A stretch of 48,194 nucleotides of DNA from Campylobacterales bacterium (GCA_029932985.1 JAOZPA010000002.1:1-48194); one strand, 5' to 3'. Numbered from the stretch's first letter, positions 27,176 through 37,247 are shown. Notes: generated by a model not told the origin, from the sequence alone. Made by a program: numbers and translations.

Positions 27176-27468
27176 TTTCTCTCACTTTTTTATTTTTAAT
27201 TTTGTAACTACTTAGGCTCAATTGCCCCACACGAAAATTTTTTTTAATAATTTTTTTGTCTAAATATAAACAATACTAAAATAATCATATATCCCTTATA
27301 TATCAACTCCCTAGTATTTTGCAAATGCCTCATCAATCCCCAAACCCTGCTTTTTTTCTATATTTTTCATAAAATTCTTCTTCAATATTAAGTTTAATTG
27401 CATACATCTTTGCTCCTTTTTAATATTTTGTATTTTTTGGACTAACAACCCCAAACGGAAATTTTATT

Positions 27469-27711
27469 TTAGTTGATATATTTTATTAAAACTTCATCTC
27501 CATTAATTAATTTTTCAAAATCTTCTTTTTTATTGATAATCATTTCATTGTAACTTAATTCCGTGCCTGAGGTTGGTTTTTCATTAAAATCTTCACAACT
27601 TATCAATTTCCTAATTCCACCAAAACACCAAGTAGCCTCTCGCTTATTCCATTTAAACGAACCCTTACAATCCCCCTTATCCTCTTTTGCCCGATTAATT
27701 GCTTTTTCCAT
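27469..27711 (-). CDS. hypothetical 80-aa protein
   Basis: ORF only. It lies 32 nt downstream of the NfeD-like gene in the same orientation and contains three Cys. No recognisable motif. Confidence 0.35.
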   Translation of the reverse strand: MEKAINRAKEDKGDCKGSFKWNKREATWCFGGIRKLISCEDFNEKPTSGTELSYNEMIINKKEDFEKLINGDEVLIKYIN

Positions 27712-27743
27712 CGCCTCTTTACCTCGTTTTTGGAATTTATGGG

Positions 27744-28400
27744 TTAAATTTTCACTTTTCGATTATAAACTTTATCCCATAAACTAATATCCACATAAAA
27801 AATATTTGAATTTTTCATCTTTTGCACCACCAAAACTCTATCGCCCTCAAGGTATTGTTCATTTTCATTAAATGGCTCAACTCTCACATAGTGTTCACTT
27901 TTAAATTCATCAATTAATTTCGCCCGAGCTGGGTAATCTCTTTTTGAAATTTTATCGATAATCGTTGCTTCTTTACCTATAAAACTATCTACTCCTACAG
28001 CTTCAGTTTCAAGTTTTGGTAAAATTAAAGATAAAAATGAGGAGATATATCTCAATAAAAAAAATGTCAGAATTAGTGAGATTGGTATAGTCGCCGTTAG
28101 GGGCATATAACCCAAAGTATCTTGAATCATCGCACCAAAAAAACTAAACATAAAAAACATCACCATCAAAAGCATACTAAATGGAACTTTTTTGGGATTG
28201 ATATAAGCGAAAAAAGAACCTATGCTAAATGTCGAGCCGTCGATGTCCATATCATGGTCAATTCCCAAATCAATATCATTTAGAAAGTCAAAAACACCAA
28301 TTCCAATCAGCAAAGAGATGATTTCAAATGCTACAAATATGAGAAAAACTGCCCCCAAAATGGAGAATGGGAGCATTCGATAATCGAGAAAAAATTCCAT
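27744..28400 (-). CDS. YqiJ/NfeD-like membrane protein (partner of flotillin)
   Basis: Several TM helices, an acidic loop DIDLGIDHDMDIDG, and a C-terminal soluble beta-rich (OB-like) tail. Sits 2 nt after the flotillin gene. Confidence 0.6.
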   Translation of the reverse strand: MEFFLDYRMLPFSILGAVFLIFVAFEIISLLIGIGVFDFLNDIDLGIDHDMDIDGSTFSIGSFFAYINPKKVPFSMLLMVMFFMFSFFGAMIQDTLGYMPLTATIPISLILTFFLLRYISSFLSLILPKLETEAVGVDSFIGKEATIIDKISKRDYPARAKLIDEFKSEHYVRVEPFNENEQYLEGDRVLVVQKMKNSNIFYVDISLWDKVYNRKVKI

Positions 28401-28402
28401 CT

Positions 28403-30067
28403 TTAGCCTTTTTTATTTTTGTGTTTGAGGATATTCCCCCTCACCATATCTTCTAGATTTTCAATTCCAACTGCATCTTTTAGCCCCGTCTCTTTGAGCA
28501 AATCATCTATCAATGCCCCACCGATTTTATAATTCATCATCGCTTCGGTCAACTGTTCAGGCAGTGAATTTGTAGAATCATTTGAGCCATTAGTCCCCGC
28601 ACCATTTATCATATTTTGATTGCTATTTCCCATATCGACAATCTTTATGCTATCAATTTTTTCCGCAGGTTTGACCATCATCTCAATAATATTTGGCAAT
28701 TCACGAATCAAATCTATCTGTATCTCTTTGTGAATCTGCTCAGTAGAAAGTGCATTTAAAGCCTCATTTTTCTTTCTCTCACCCTCAGCATCCACCTCAT
28801 ACTCCTTCTCCTTTGCCATCGCATGAATCTTAATCGCCTCAGCCTCACCTTCAGCTTGAATTTTTACAGCTTGAGCCTTATCCAACGATGCTTCTTTTTC
28901 AGCAAGAGCCAAAATCTTTTTGGTCACCGCCTCCTTTTCTGCCTCTTGACTAGCCTCGATAATCGCCAAATCCTTATATCTTTTAGCAATCTCCATCTCA
29001 CGAGCTGTCACAATCTCCTCTTTAGTTTTTGCCTCTTTAGCCTCTGCCACATTCGCCTCACTTCGAGCCGCCGCTTCATCTTTGATTTTTTGAGAAATTT
29101 TAATATTTTTATCCTGCAATGCGATTTTTAAAACTTCCTCTTTTTTAATCTTTGCAGACTCAATCTCTTTAGTTTTTTCAATCTCTTTTTGTTGCAACTC
29201 TTTATCTTTTTGAATAATAGCAAAGTCAATCGCTTTATTATCTGAGATTTCAACTTCACGAGATTCACGAGCTTTATGTGTCTGTTCAATCTTAATTTTA
29301 GATTTTTGCTCCGCTTTTGCAAACTCCTCCGATTGATTAATCGACAAACTTTCTTTTGCTGTTTCCATTCTTTTCCGCTCAATCAAAACCCGTGTGCTTT
29401 CCTCTATATCCACTCGTTCTTTTCGTTTCGCTTCTGTAATCTCCGCAATTTTTTTGAGTCCTTGGGCATCAAACGCATTTGATTCATTAAAATATTCAAT
29501 ATTCGTTTGGTCAAGCGAGGTCAATGAAACCGACTCTAGCTCAAGTCCATTTGTATCTAAATCCTCACTAACTGTATTTGAAACTTGCTGAACAAAATCT
29601 TTTCTCTCTTGATGTAAATTTTCCATAGTGGTTTGAGATGCCACCGACCGCAAAGAATCTACCAGTTTTCCCTCAATTAAATCTTTCAAATCATCAGGAT
29701 TTAAAGTTTTTTGCCCCAAAGTTGAAGCTGCTCGTGAAATTGAATCTTTGTCTCTTTTGACACGAATAAAAAACTCTACAATCACATCAACTTTGAGTTT
29801 ATCGGAAGTTATCAATGCTTGTTCTTTTGTCCGAACCACCACTAATTTCAGAGTATTCAAATTTATTTTTGTCAAATCGTGTACCATCGGAAGCACTATC
29901 GACCCACCATCCAAAATTACCCGAGACCCACCAAGTCCAGTCCGTACAAATGCTCTCTCTTTAGTTGTTTTTTTGTAAATCCTCACAAAAATCACACCAA
30001 TAACAATAATCAATAAAACTAATCCAACTGCATAGAGTTGTATTGTGCTAAAACTACTCAAATTCAT
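28403..30067 (-). CDS. flotillin / SPFH-domain protein (YqiK-like)
   Basis: N-terminal TM, then an SPFH domain, then a long Ala/Glu/Lys-rich coiled coil (EAKEAKTKEEIVTAREMEIA...). Confidence 0.85.
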   Translation of the reverse strand: MNLSSFSTIQLYAVGLVLLIIVIGVIFVRIYKKTTKERAFVRTGLGGSRVILDGGSIVLPMVHDLTKINLNTLKLVVVRTKEQALITSDKLKVDVIVEFFIRVKRDKDSISRAASTLGQKTLNPDDLKDLIEGKLVDSLRSVASQTTMENLHQERKDFVQQVSNTVSEDLDTNGLELESVSLTSLDQTNIEYFNESNAFDAQGLKKIAEITEAKRKERVDIEESTRVLIERKRMETAKESLSINQSEEFAKAEQKSKIKIEQTHKARESREVEISDNKAIDFAIIQKDKELQQKEIEKTKEIESAKIKKEEVLKIALQDKNIKISQKIKDEAAARSEANVAEAKEAKTKEEIVTAREMEIAKRYKDLAIIEASQEAEKEAVTKKILALAEKEASLDKAQAVKIQAEGEAEAIKIHAMAKEKEYEVDAEGERKKNEALNALSTEQIHKEIQIDLIRELPNIIEMMVKPAEKIDSIKIVDMGNSNQNMINGAGTNGSNDSTNSLPEQLTEAMMNYKIGGALIDDLLKETGLKDAVGIENLEDMVRGNILKHKNKKG

Positions 30068-30171
30068 AATCTGTTCCTTAAATAGATAAATTTAAACAAA
30101 TTATATCCTCTTATCTTAAAAAATTAGCTTTACTATTGAGTATTTTGAAGTTGATGATTGAATCTAGAGTT

Positions 30172-30202
30172 AAAAAAAACTCGACTTTAATCGAGTTTTT
30201 TT
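30172..30202 (-). terminator. intrinsic terminator downstream of the LysR gene
   Basis: A8-CTCGA-CTTTAA-TCGAG-T7: a short GC stem flanked by A and T runs, so it could work in either direction. Confidence 0.55.
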
Positions 30203-30222
30203 ATTTGATAGGGTACTTTTGC

Positions 30223-30247
30223 GGGGACTAATGATTAGAAATTAAAT
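30223..30247 (+). repeat. 25-nt direct repeat, copy 2 (GGGGACTAATGATTAGAAATTAAAT)
   Basis: 24/25 identical to 13456-13480. It ends 1 nt before the LysR stop codon. Confidence 0.75.
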
Positions 30248-30248
30248 G

Positions 30249-31145
30249 TTAATTGGTAGCATTCATTATAAAATTTAGAACACTATCAATATATGGGTCA
30301 TTTTTTTTATCTTTCAATTGAGCGATATAAAGCTTTCGGTGAATCCGTTTACCACGAATCTTTGCCATATACAATCTCTCACAAGCCAACTCTTCATCTA
30401 TGATATATTTCGACATAATTGAGATTATCTGCTTCTCCTCTCTATCGGCTTTGATGAGGGATTGCTTGAGGGCAGTAGTGCTTGTGACGACACTAAGAAT
30501 ATCAAAATTTGTGCAATCGATGTCAAGTTCTCCAAAAACTTCCGCCATCAGCTTTCGAGTATGAGAATCCTCTTCACGGCAAATCCAGCTATATTTGTAC
30601 AAATCATCGGGCTTAACATATTTTGGTAGGGGGGAGTTACTGACCAAAATCAGCTCATCGTCCATCCACTCTCTATATATTATGCCATCAAGAAAAACGG
30701 GAGATTCCACAAGTGCCAAATCTATTTTTTTGTCCAAAAGCTCCTCTAAAATTGGTCTGGTCATATCCACTTTGAGCATTATGTCATTGTCAATCGCCTT
30801 TTTGATTTTATTGATGAAATTTGGAATGATGTAGTTTCCAATGGTAAAAGAAGCTCCTAAATTAAAAATCAATTTTTTATTTAGGATTTTTATCATATCT
30901 TTTTCTGCTCCGTTTATGCAACGCTCGATTCGCTGGGCGATTCTCAAAAACTCTTCACCCTCTTTGGTTAATTTTATCCCATTTTTTTTTCGTTCGATTA
31001 TCTTTGCATCCATATATTTTTCTAAAAGTTTGATTTGTTGAGTGACCGCAGGTTGAGAAACACCAAGTTTTTTAGAAGCTTTAGAAAAACTTTTTTCTTT
31101 ATATACAGTTAAAAAAGTTTCTAATTTAGAGAAATCCTTAAGCAT
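30249..31145 (-). CDS. LysR-family transcriptional regulator
   Basis: N-terminal wHTH LETFLTVYKEKSFSKASKKLGVSQPAVTQQIKLLE plus a substrate-binding domain of about 200 aa. Confidence 0.9.
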   Translation of the reverse strand: MLKDFSKLETFLTVYKEKSFSKASKKLGVSQPAVTQQIKLLEKYMDAKIIERKKNGIKLTKEGEEFLRIAQRIERCINGAEKDMIKILNKKLIFNLGASFTIGNYIIPNFINKIKKAIDNDIMLKVDMTRPILEELLDKKIDLALVESPVFLDGIIYREWMDDELILVSNSPLPKYVKPDDLYKYSWICREEDSHTRKLMAEVFGELDIDCTNFDILSVVTSTTALKQSLIKADREEKQIISIMSKYIIDEELACERLYMAKIRGKRIHRKLYIAQLKDKKNDPYIDSVLNFIMNATN

Positions 31146-31277
31146 AATGTTAGCCTTTATTATAATATAAATTTATGATTGAATTATATTATAACAAAAA
31201 TTGATATTAAAATCAAATAAAAAAAGCTATTATTCCCTAAAATTTATAATTTAAGGGAAGTTTTATTTAATTAGTCA

Positions 31278-32552
31278 TTATTTCTCTTTTCTCAAAATCT
31301 TTTTTAGCAATTTTGTAACTTTTTTAACTGATTTTAACTCACAATATTCTCGAATGGAGTGAGGATAATGGATATTTGGTCCAATTGAGATTATTTGAAG
31401 TTGTGGAAATTTATTTTTTAAAACTCCCCCCTCTAATCCTGCATGAACTGCTTTAAAATTTGAATCTTTAAAGATTGTTTCTGATATTTTTTTTACATCT
31501 TTTGCAAAATTACTAATTTCAGGTTGCCAAGCGGAAAATTCAGTAATATATTTAATTTGAAAATCTTGAAGTTTTAATAAAGTTGAAGTCTCTTTTTTTA
31601 GATTCTTAAGACCCAAATCACTTAAGGACCTTGCAAAAAAATCTATCTCTATTTGAGAATTGCTTTTAAAAATAGCTAAATTTATGCTATCTTTTGGTAT
31701 CAAAAATTCACTGTTATAACTTCTCATTCCCTGTTTAAATGAGTTTAAGAATCTCAAAGTTTGCTTAAAATTTTGGATATAAGATGTATAGTTTTTTTTA
31801 AGGGGTGTGATTTTTATATTTTCGATATTTTCTAGAGTTTTTTTGGATGCTATAATAGCCATAGCTTCTTTGGGGATAGAGTTCATTTTTTCTCCACCAC
31901 TCATCTCTATAATTTTTAAATTTTTATTAACCAAAAAATTAGCTAATACTTTAATGGAACTTTCTATATTTTTGTCAATATCAAAACCAGAATGTCCGCC
32001 TTTCATACCAGTAACTTCAACTTTATAAAATTTAGAATCTTTTTTTAAATCTTTTCGCTTAATCTTTTTGAAAGCTTTCATCTCAATACCACCAGCACAA
32101 CCGACAAAAATTGCCCCCTCATCTTCAGAATCCAGATTTATCAATTTTTTTGCTTTTAATTTAAGCTCTAAATTATTTACACCAATCAATCCTACCTCTT
32201 CATCATTTGTAAATAATGCCTCAAAATTATCTTCAGTTTGCATAAAATACAACATTAAAGCAACTCCAATTCCATTATCAGCACCCAGTGATGAATTTTT
32301 AGCGGTGAGGGTCTCTTTGGTCTTTATAATCTCTATTTTTGGAGCATCTCCCATACAAACCATATCATAATGGGATTGCAAAGCTATATCTCTACCATTT
32401 TTATAGCATAAAATATTTTTTGTCTTATCTATTTGAGACTTAAAACCATTTTTTTTTGCAAATTTTTTTATATATTTTTGCAATTTTTTTGTTTTGAAAC
32501 TACAATGTGGAATCTGGGTTATCTCATCAAAAATATCTAATAAACTCTTCAT
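31278..32552 (-). CDS. M20-family dipeptidase (PepD / aminoacyl-histidine dipeptidase-like)
   Basis: IPHCSFKTKKL, LQSHYDMVC, GADNGIGVA, TNDEEVGLIGV and HAGLEGG blocks match the PepD layout. Confidence 0.75.
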   Translation of the reverse strand: MKSLLDIFDEITQIPHCSFKTKKLQKYIKKFAKKNGFKSQIDKTKNILCYKNGRDIALQSHYDMVCMGDAPKIEIIKTKETLTAKNSSLGADNGIGVALMLYFMQTEDNFEALFTNDEEVGLIGVNNLELKLKAKKLINLDSEDEGAIFVGCAGGIEMKAFKKIKRKDLKKDSKFYKVEVTGMKGGHSGFDIDKNIESSIKVLANFLVNKNLKIIEMSGGEKMNSIPKEAMAIIASKKTLENIENIKITPLKKNYTSYIQNFKQTLRFLNSFKQGMRSYNSEFLIPKDSINLAIFKSNSQIEIDFFARSLSDLGLKNLKKETSTLLKLQDFQIKYITEFSAWQPEISNFAKDVKKISETIFKDSNFKAVHAGLEGGVLKNKFPQLQIISIGPNIHYPHSIREYCELKSVKKVTKLLKKILRKEK

Positions 32553-32649
32553 AATTATTCTCCAATTTTTTTATTGGAATTTTATCACAAAGAGTTGTTA
32601 AATTAGTAAATATAAATATTAATTAATCAATTTTTGGAAAATTTAATAA

Positions 32650-33315
32650 TCAGCCAATATTTAAGCAATAACCCTTTTTTGATAAATTTGAGATTAAGTT
32701 TTTGGAAGTTTTTTGCCTCATTCTTTTTAATAAAGTTCTAATCGCTTCATTTGATGAGTTTTTAAAAAAATAGTTTGACAAAAGTTCATCGTAGCTTAGA
32801 TAATGGTTGTGATTTTTTATTAAAAGTTCAAAAAAGATAGATTCTTTATTTGTGAAAAAAACCTCTTCATTGTCTTTATACAATATTTTTGTCTCTTTAT
32901 TGTATTTAAACTCACCCATTAAATCTATGATATTATCAAGTTTGTAATCGTGTATCAAGACCTCTATTGCATCTAATAAATCCTCGACATCTACTGGTTT
33001 TATCAAATATTTATCAACCTTGAGGTCAATCGCTCTTAAAAGTTTATCGGTTTCACTAAATGCACTAAAAGCAATGATGGGGATGGAGTGTGTTTTATTT
33101 ATCTCTGTTATCATCCCAAAACCATCCATTTTGGGCATAGAGATATCCGTAACTATAATGTCTGGCGAGTATTCTTGAAATTTTTCAAGCCCTTCTAAGC
33201 CATCTTTTGCTATTATAAAATTCTTGAATTCATCAGAAATTGCAGATTTTAAAAGCTCCCTAGTCTCCTCCTCGTCTTCCACAAAGAGGATTGTTAAATT
33301 TTTGTATTTACCCAT
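32650..33315 (-). CDS. response regulator (receiver + winged-helix output)
   Basis: ILFVEDEEETRELL, DIIVTDISMPKMDG, KYLIKP. C-terminal OmpR-like region. Confidence 0.85.
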   Translation of the reverse strand: MGKYKNLTILFVEDEEETRELLKSAISDEFKNFIIAKDGLEGLEKFQEYSPDIIVTDISMPKMDGFGMITEINKTHSIPIIAFSAFSETDKLLRAIDLKVDKYLIKPVDVEDLLDAIEVLIHDYKLDNIIDLMGEFKYNKETKILYKDNEEVFFTNKESIFFELLIKNHNHYLSYDELLSNYFFKNSSNEAIRTLLKRMRQKTSKNLISNLSKKGYCLNIG

Positions 33316-34528
33316 TTTTCCCTATCCCTATTTTAATATTAAAACAAACACCCTCATCTTGATTGAAAGCCTCTATTTCCGAATTGTTACAACTATTAAT
33401 AATTTTTTTGCTCATATATAAACCAATTCCTGTACCAATTGAGGCATTTTTGGTGGTAAAATATGGGTCAAAAATCTTCTCTATTATCTCCTCTTTTATT
33501 CCACCAGCATTATCATATATTGAGATATTGGTAAAATTATCTTCATTTTTTACAATAATTTTTATAAATTTTTTCTTTTGTAAATTTTCAAAAGCATCTA
33601 TTGAATTATTTATAATATTTAAAAGTACCTGTAAAAACTCATTTTTATAACAATTTACCTCAATCTGCTCTGTACATTCACAAGAAATTTGAATATTTTT
33701 GCTTTTCAAAGTAGCCCCCATAATCGAATCTAACTCATCTATCAAATTTTTGACTAAAAAAGGCTCTATCTCCTTGTTTGGCATAAAAAAATTCCTAAAA
33801 TCATCTATGGTTTGAGATAAATTTTTAATTATTTTTTTACTATGAACATAAAAAGAATTAAACTTTTCATTTTGTAGATTCTGAGATTTTTTCATATTAT
33901 ACAAAGCTATATTTAATTGAGAAAGGGGTTGTCGCCACTGATGAGCGATATTTCCAAGCATCTCTCCCATCGATGCTAATCTAAACTGATGAAACATCAA
34001 TCTATCTTTTTCTCTATTGCTTTCAACCTCTTTTTTTATCCGCTTTTCAAGGTCAAAATTTAATTCATTTAATTGAGCTGTTTTTTCCTTAACTCGCTCC
34101 TCTAAAGTTGTATTTAAGATTTTCAACTCTTTATCTTTTTGCCTTAATGCCTCAATCGCCTCAATCCCTTTCGTAATATCATATCGAATAGCAATGAACT
34201 CTATTATATTTTTTTGCTTATCCAAAATTGGAAATACTGTGGTATTAAGATAAAAAACACTCCCATCTTTTGCTAAATTTTTAACAGTTGCTTTGTAGGT
34301 TTTCTTTGCCAAAATCGTTTCCCATAATTTCTCAAATTTAGATTTAGGCACATCAGGATGTCTTACGATATTGTGATTTTGACCTAAAAGTTCCCACCTT
34401 GAATATTTTGAGATTTTACAAAATTCATCACTGACAAATGTTATAATTCCATCTATATCAGTTTTTGATACAACATTATTTTTTTGCACAGCTTCTATGT
34501 ATTGAGATTCTAGGCTATAAAAATTCAT
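33308..34528 (-). CDS. cytoplasmic PAS-domain sensor histidine kinase
   Basis: PAS (DGIITFVSDEFCKISKYSRWELLGQNHNIVRHPD), H-box NIAHQWRQPLSQL, N-box LLNIINNSIDA, G-box GTGIGLYMS. Confidence 0.85.
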   Translation of the reverse strand: MNFYSLESQYIEAVQKNNVVSKTDIDGIITFVSDEFCKISKYSRWELLGQNHNIVRHPDVPKSKFEKLWETILAKKTYKATVKNLAKDGSVFYLNTTVFPILDKQKNIIEFIAIRYDITKGIEAIEALRQKDKELKILNTTLEERVKEKTAQLNELNFDLEKRIKKEVESNREKDRLMFHQFRLASMGEMLGNIAHQWRQPLSQLNIALYNMKKSQNLQNEKFNSFYVHSKKIIKNLSQTIDDFRNFFMPNKEIEPFLVKNLIDELDSIMGATLKSKNIQISCECTEQIEVNCYKNEFLQVLLNIINNSIDAFENLQKKKFIKIIVKNEDNFTNISIYDNAGGIKEEIIEKIFDPYFTTKNASIGTGIGLYMSKKIINSCNNSEIEAFNQDEGVCFNIKIGIGKNG

Positions 34529-36158
34529 TAATTGCCCTATTTATTTTTAAAGTTTGAGTTGGATAAGCAATGTTTATATCTTTTTCTTGCTTAAAAGCAT
34601 CTAAAATATCCGTAGAAATACTACTTCTTAAAGTTAAGGTCGCATAAGCATTTGTCATATACCAGCAACTTATTCTCACACCATTTTCCTCCACAAAGGA
34701 GAAAATCCGTGAATCCACATTTGTATTTTTCAGACTATACACATTTCGCAACTTATTTAACTGCTTTCGTGAAATATCGGTATAACCTTTTGAATATTTT
34801 CGAGTTATCTCTTTTGCAATATGAGAAGCTTTTTTGTGATTTGAATCAAAAGTTATCGTTATATCTATCCCATCCCAAACAGTTTTTAGATTTTCGTGAG
34901 TGTAATTGGCAATTAGAGATGAAAAAATCAGATTGTTTGGCACAAAAACAACTCTCCCTGCTCGTCTATTTTGTTGATAAGTTGTCAAAGTCACATCTTC
35001 CAAAATCGTCATATGTAGTAAAGTCGTATCCACAATATCCCCCACATATTCAACCCCATCTTTTTTAACAAGTATTCGGTCTCCCACATGATAACTGCCA
35101 TTTAGCATAATGACAAGCCAACCTAAAATACTCATAAAATAATCTTTCATTGCAATCGCCAAACCTGCTGAAGCGAATCCTAAAATTTTAATAAAAGTAT
35201 CCTGATTATCAATATAGGAAAAAAGCAAAATAAACAAAATCACCGTAATATTTAGAATATTGATAGTTTTATTGACTTTGTAAATCCGCTCATTGTCCTC
35301 AATATATTTTCTTGCTAAAAACTTCAAAAAAAATGCAAAAATCACAACCAAAACTATGATTTCAACAATCCCAATAATACTTTCAACTTGCCTTTCAATC
35401 GCTTGTTTTGAGCGAACTATCGACTCATCCGATTTCTTTATATAGAGATTGAGATTCGATTTGGAAAAATCACTACCATCATTAAAATACTCCATCGCTT
35501 CAACTAGATGTAGAATATCTTCATTTAATTTTTCAGTAGAACCCAATAACAATAACTCATTTAAAAGTTTCTGTTTTTTTCCTACTATTTTAATGGTCTC
35601 TTTCCAAATATTATGTTTTTCCCTGTACAACTCCTTATTTTTTTTAAGTTGAGTGATATATGAAAATCCAGCAATAATCGAAAAAGGATTACTAATTTTT
35701 GGTATGTCATTAATTTTTTCCGTCTGGGATGATTTTTCAAATGGGGGATTTTTATACTCTATTCTCAAATCTAATTTTTTTTGAAGTTGAGATTTATCCT
35801 TTTCTATCTCTTTAACTTTCTGAGAAAGTGTAGCTTTATTTTTTGTTTTTCTCCTTTTTAAAAGCTTTTTAATCTTCCCTATCTCCAAATCTAAATTTGC
35901 AATTTGAGCCGTCAGTTTTTGATACTCCACATAACTACTATATGCAATCACCAAGCTATTTTTTTCCAATTGCTTTTTTATCTCTTCTAGTTTCTCTTCA
36001 ATTAATTTTTTGTCATCGGCTTTTTTTCTCTCAATAGTTTCATTTTCATCAACTTTTTTTTCCGAATTTAGAGTTGTAGTATTATTTTCAACTTTTTCAC
36101 CAAATGAGGAGCTATAAAAAAATAGAAGAGATAGAAAAACCAATAAATTTTTGTGCAT
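34515..36158 (-). CDS. MscS-family mechanosensitive channel with long periplasmic coiled-coil N-terminal domain
   Basis: Signal peptide, a Lys/Glu-rich coiled coil, TM helices, and the MscS beta-domain HVGDRILVKKDGVEYVGDIVDTTLLHMTILED. Confidence 0.8.
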   Translation of the reverse strand: MHKNLLVFLSLLFFYSSSFGEKVENNTTTLNSEKKVDENETIERKKADDKKLIEEKLEEIKKQLEKNSLVIAYSSYVEYQKLTAQIANLDLEIGKIKKLLKRRKTKNKATLSQKVKEIEKDKSQLQKKLDLRIEYKNPPFEKSSQTEKINDIPKISNPFSIIAGFSYITQLKKNKELYREKHNIWKETIKIVGKKQKLLNELLLLGSTEKLNEDILHLVEAMEYFNDGSDFSKSNLNLYIKKSDESIVRSKQAIERQVESIIGIVEIIVLVVIFAFFLKFLARKYIEDNERIYKVNKTINILNITVILFILLFSYIDNQDTFIKILGFASAGLAIAMKDYFMSILGWLVIMLNGSYHVGDRILVKKDGVEYVGDIVDTTLLHMTILEDVTLTTYQQNRRAGRVVFVPNNLIFSSLIANYTHENLKTVWDGIDITITFDSNHKKASHIAKEITRKYSKGYTDISRKQLNKLRNVYSLKNTNVDSRIFSFVEENGVRISCWYMTNAYATLTLRSSISTDILDAFKQEKDINIAYPTQTLKINRAINEFL

Positions 36159-37205
36159 CTACCACTGACTCTCTTTCAGCACTGCCATCACCAAATCTTT
36201 ATCTATATCATCCCGTATCTCATAGCCCCCAAGCGACTTTGGAATTATAAACTTAATCTTTTTATCACTACTTTTTTTATCCAAGAAAAATGCTTCATAA
36301 AACTTTTCAGCATCTTTAATCTCATACTCCGTTGGCAAATCATATCGCTTTAGCAGATTCAGAATTCGTAAAGATTCCCTTTTTTTCAACAATCCCATCT
36401 TTATTGCCAATGAATTTACCATATTTATCCCAATCGCCACCGCTTCACCATGCAGATATGTAGAATAATTTGTAAAATTCTCAACCACATGACAAAATGT
36501 ATGCCCATAATTCAAACTTGCCCGAACTCCATTTTCCCGCTCATCTGCTCTCACAACCTTTGCCTTAAGTTCCACACACCGAGCAATTGCATACTTCAAA
36601 TTTTTTTCATCTTTTAAACTATTTTTCTCCAAAAACTTAAAAAACTTTTTATCAAACACCACCGCCATCTTCACAATCTCAGCCACACCAGCCCCAAACT
36701 CACGAGCAGGAAGTGTAGTTAAAAAATCTGTATCAATATAAACCGCCGTCGGTTGCCAAAAAGCCCCTACCAAATTTTTACCATACCTATTATTCACCCC
36801 AGTTTTTCCACCCACACTAGCATCCACTTGCGAAAGCAAAGTCGTAGGAATCTGAATAAACTCAATCCCCCGCTGAAAAATTGAAGCGATAAAACCCGTC
36901 ATATCACCAATCACCCCACCACCAAAAGCTATCAAAAGCGATTTTCGATTAAATTTATGGTCAAACAGCCTGTCAAGCACATAATTCACACTATCCATAT
37001 TTTTGTAATTTTCGCCATCAGCCACAGTTATTATGTAAATTTCCGTAGCATTTAAATTATTTAAAAGTTTTTTCAGATGAAGTCCCGAGACTTTGGGATT
37101 AGTAATAATCGCCACTTTCCTATCAAATGAAAGTTTTGGCAAAGAATCTATCCTGATTTTGTAATTCTTATCCTCTTGAGAGCTTAAATCTATATCAATA
37201 ATCAT
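36159..37205 (-). CDS. aroB: 3-dehydroquinate synthase
   Basis: GGGVIGDMTGFIAS, DASVGGKTGVN, HGEAVAIG. Confidence 0.92.
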   Translation of the reverse strand: MIIDIDLSSQEDKNYKIRIDSLPKLSFDRKVAIITNPKVSGLHLKKLLNNLNATEIYIITVADGENYKNMDSVNYVLDRLFDHKFNRKSLLIAFGGGVIGDMTGFIASIFQRGIEFIQIPTTLLSQVDASVGGKTGVNNRYGKNLVGAFWQPTAVYIDTDFLTTLPAREFGAGVAEIVKMAVVFDKKFFKFLEKNSLKDEKNLKYAIARCVELKAKVVRADERENGVRASLNYGHTFCHVVENFTNYSTYLHGEAVAIGINMVNSLAIKMGLLKKRESLRILNLLKRYDLPTEYEIKDAEKFYEAFFLDKKSSDKKIKFIIPKSLGGYEIRDDIDKDLVMAVLKESQW

Positions 37206-37225
37206 AAATTTTCCTAATTTTTTAA

Positions 37226-37247
37226 TTTTGTCATTATTTTGTCATTA
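37226..37247. repeat. tandem 11-mer (TTTTGTCATTA x2) overlapping a candidate -10 box upstream of aroB
   Basis: Two exact adjacent copies at 37226-37236 and 37237-37247. On the - strand the second copy runs into GTATAAT (37244-37250), about 40 nt upstream of the aroB ATG. Confidence 0.5.

Noticed and set aside
28700-29400. Repetitive Glu/Lys/Ala-rich coding stretch with many short nucleotide repeats.
   Set aside because: It is the coiled-coil region of the flotillin gene. The periodicity reflects heptad-repeat codons, not a DNA-level repeat element.
13456-30247. Interpretation of the 25-nt direct repeats as attL/attR of a 16.8-kb genomic island containing tRNA-Leu.
   Set aside because: There is no integrase, recombinase or transfer gene between the repeats. 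The repeats are not derived from the tRNA 3' end. Most enclosed genes look like core housekeeping or membrane genes with ordinary composition. Only the 22820-24456 cassette is compositionally deviant. The repeat itself is kept as a finding; the island reading is not supported.
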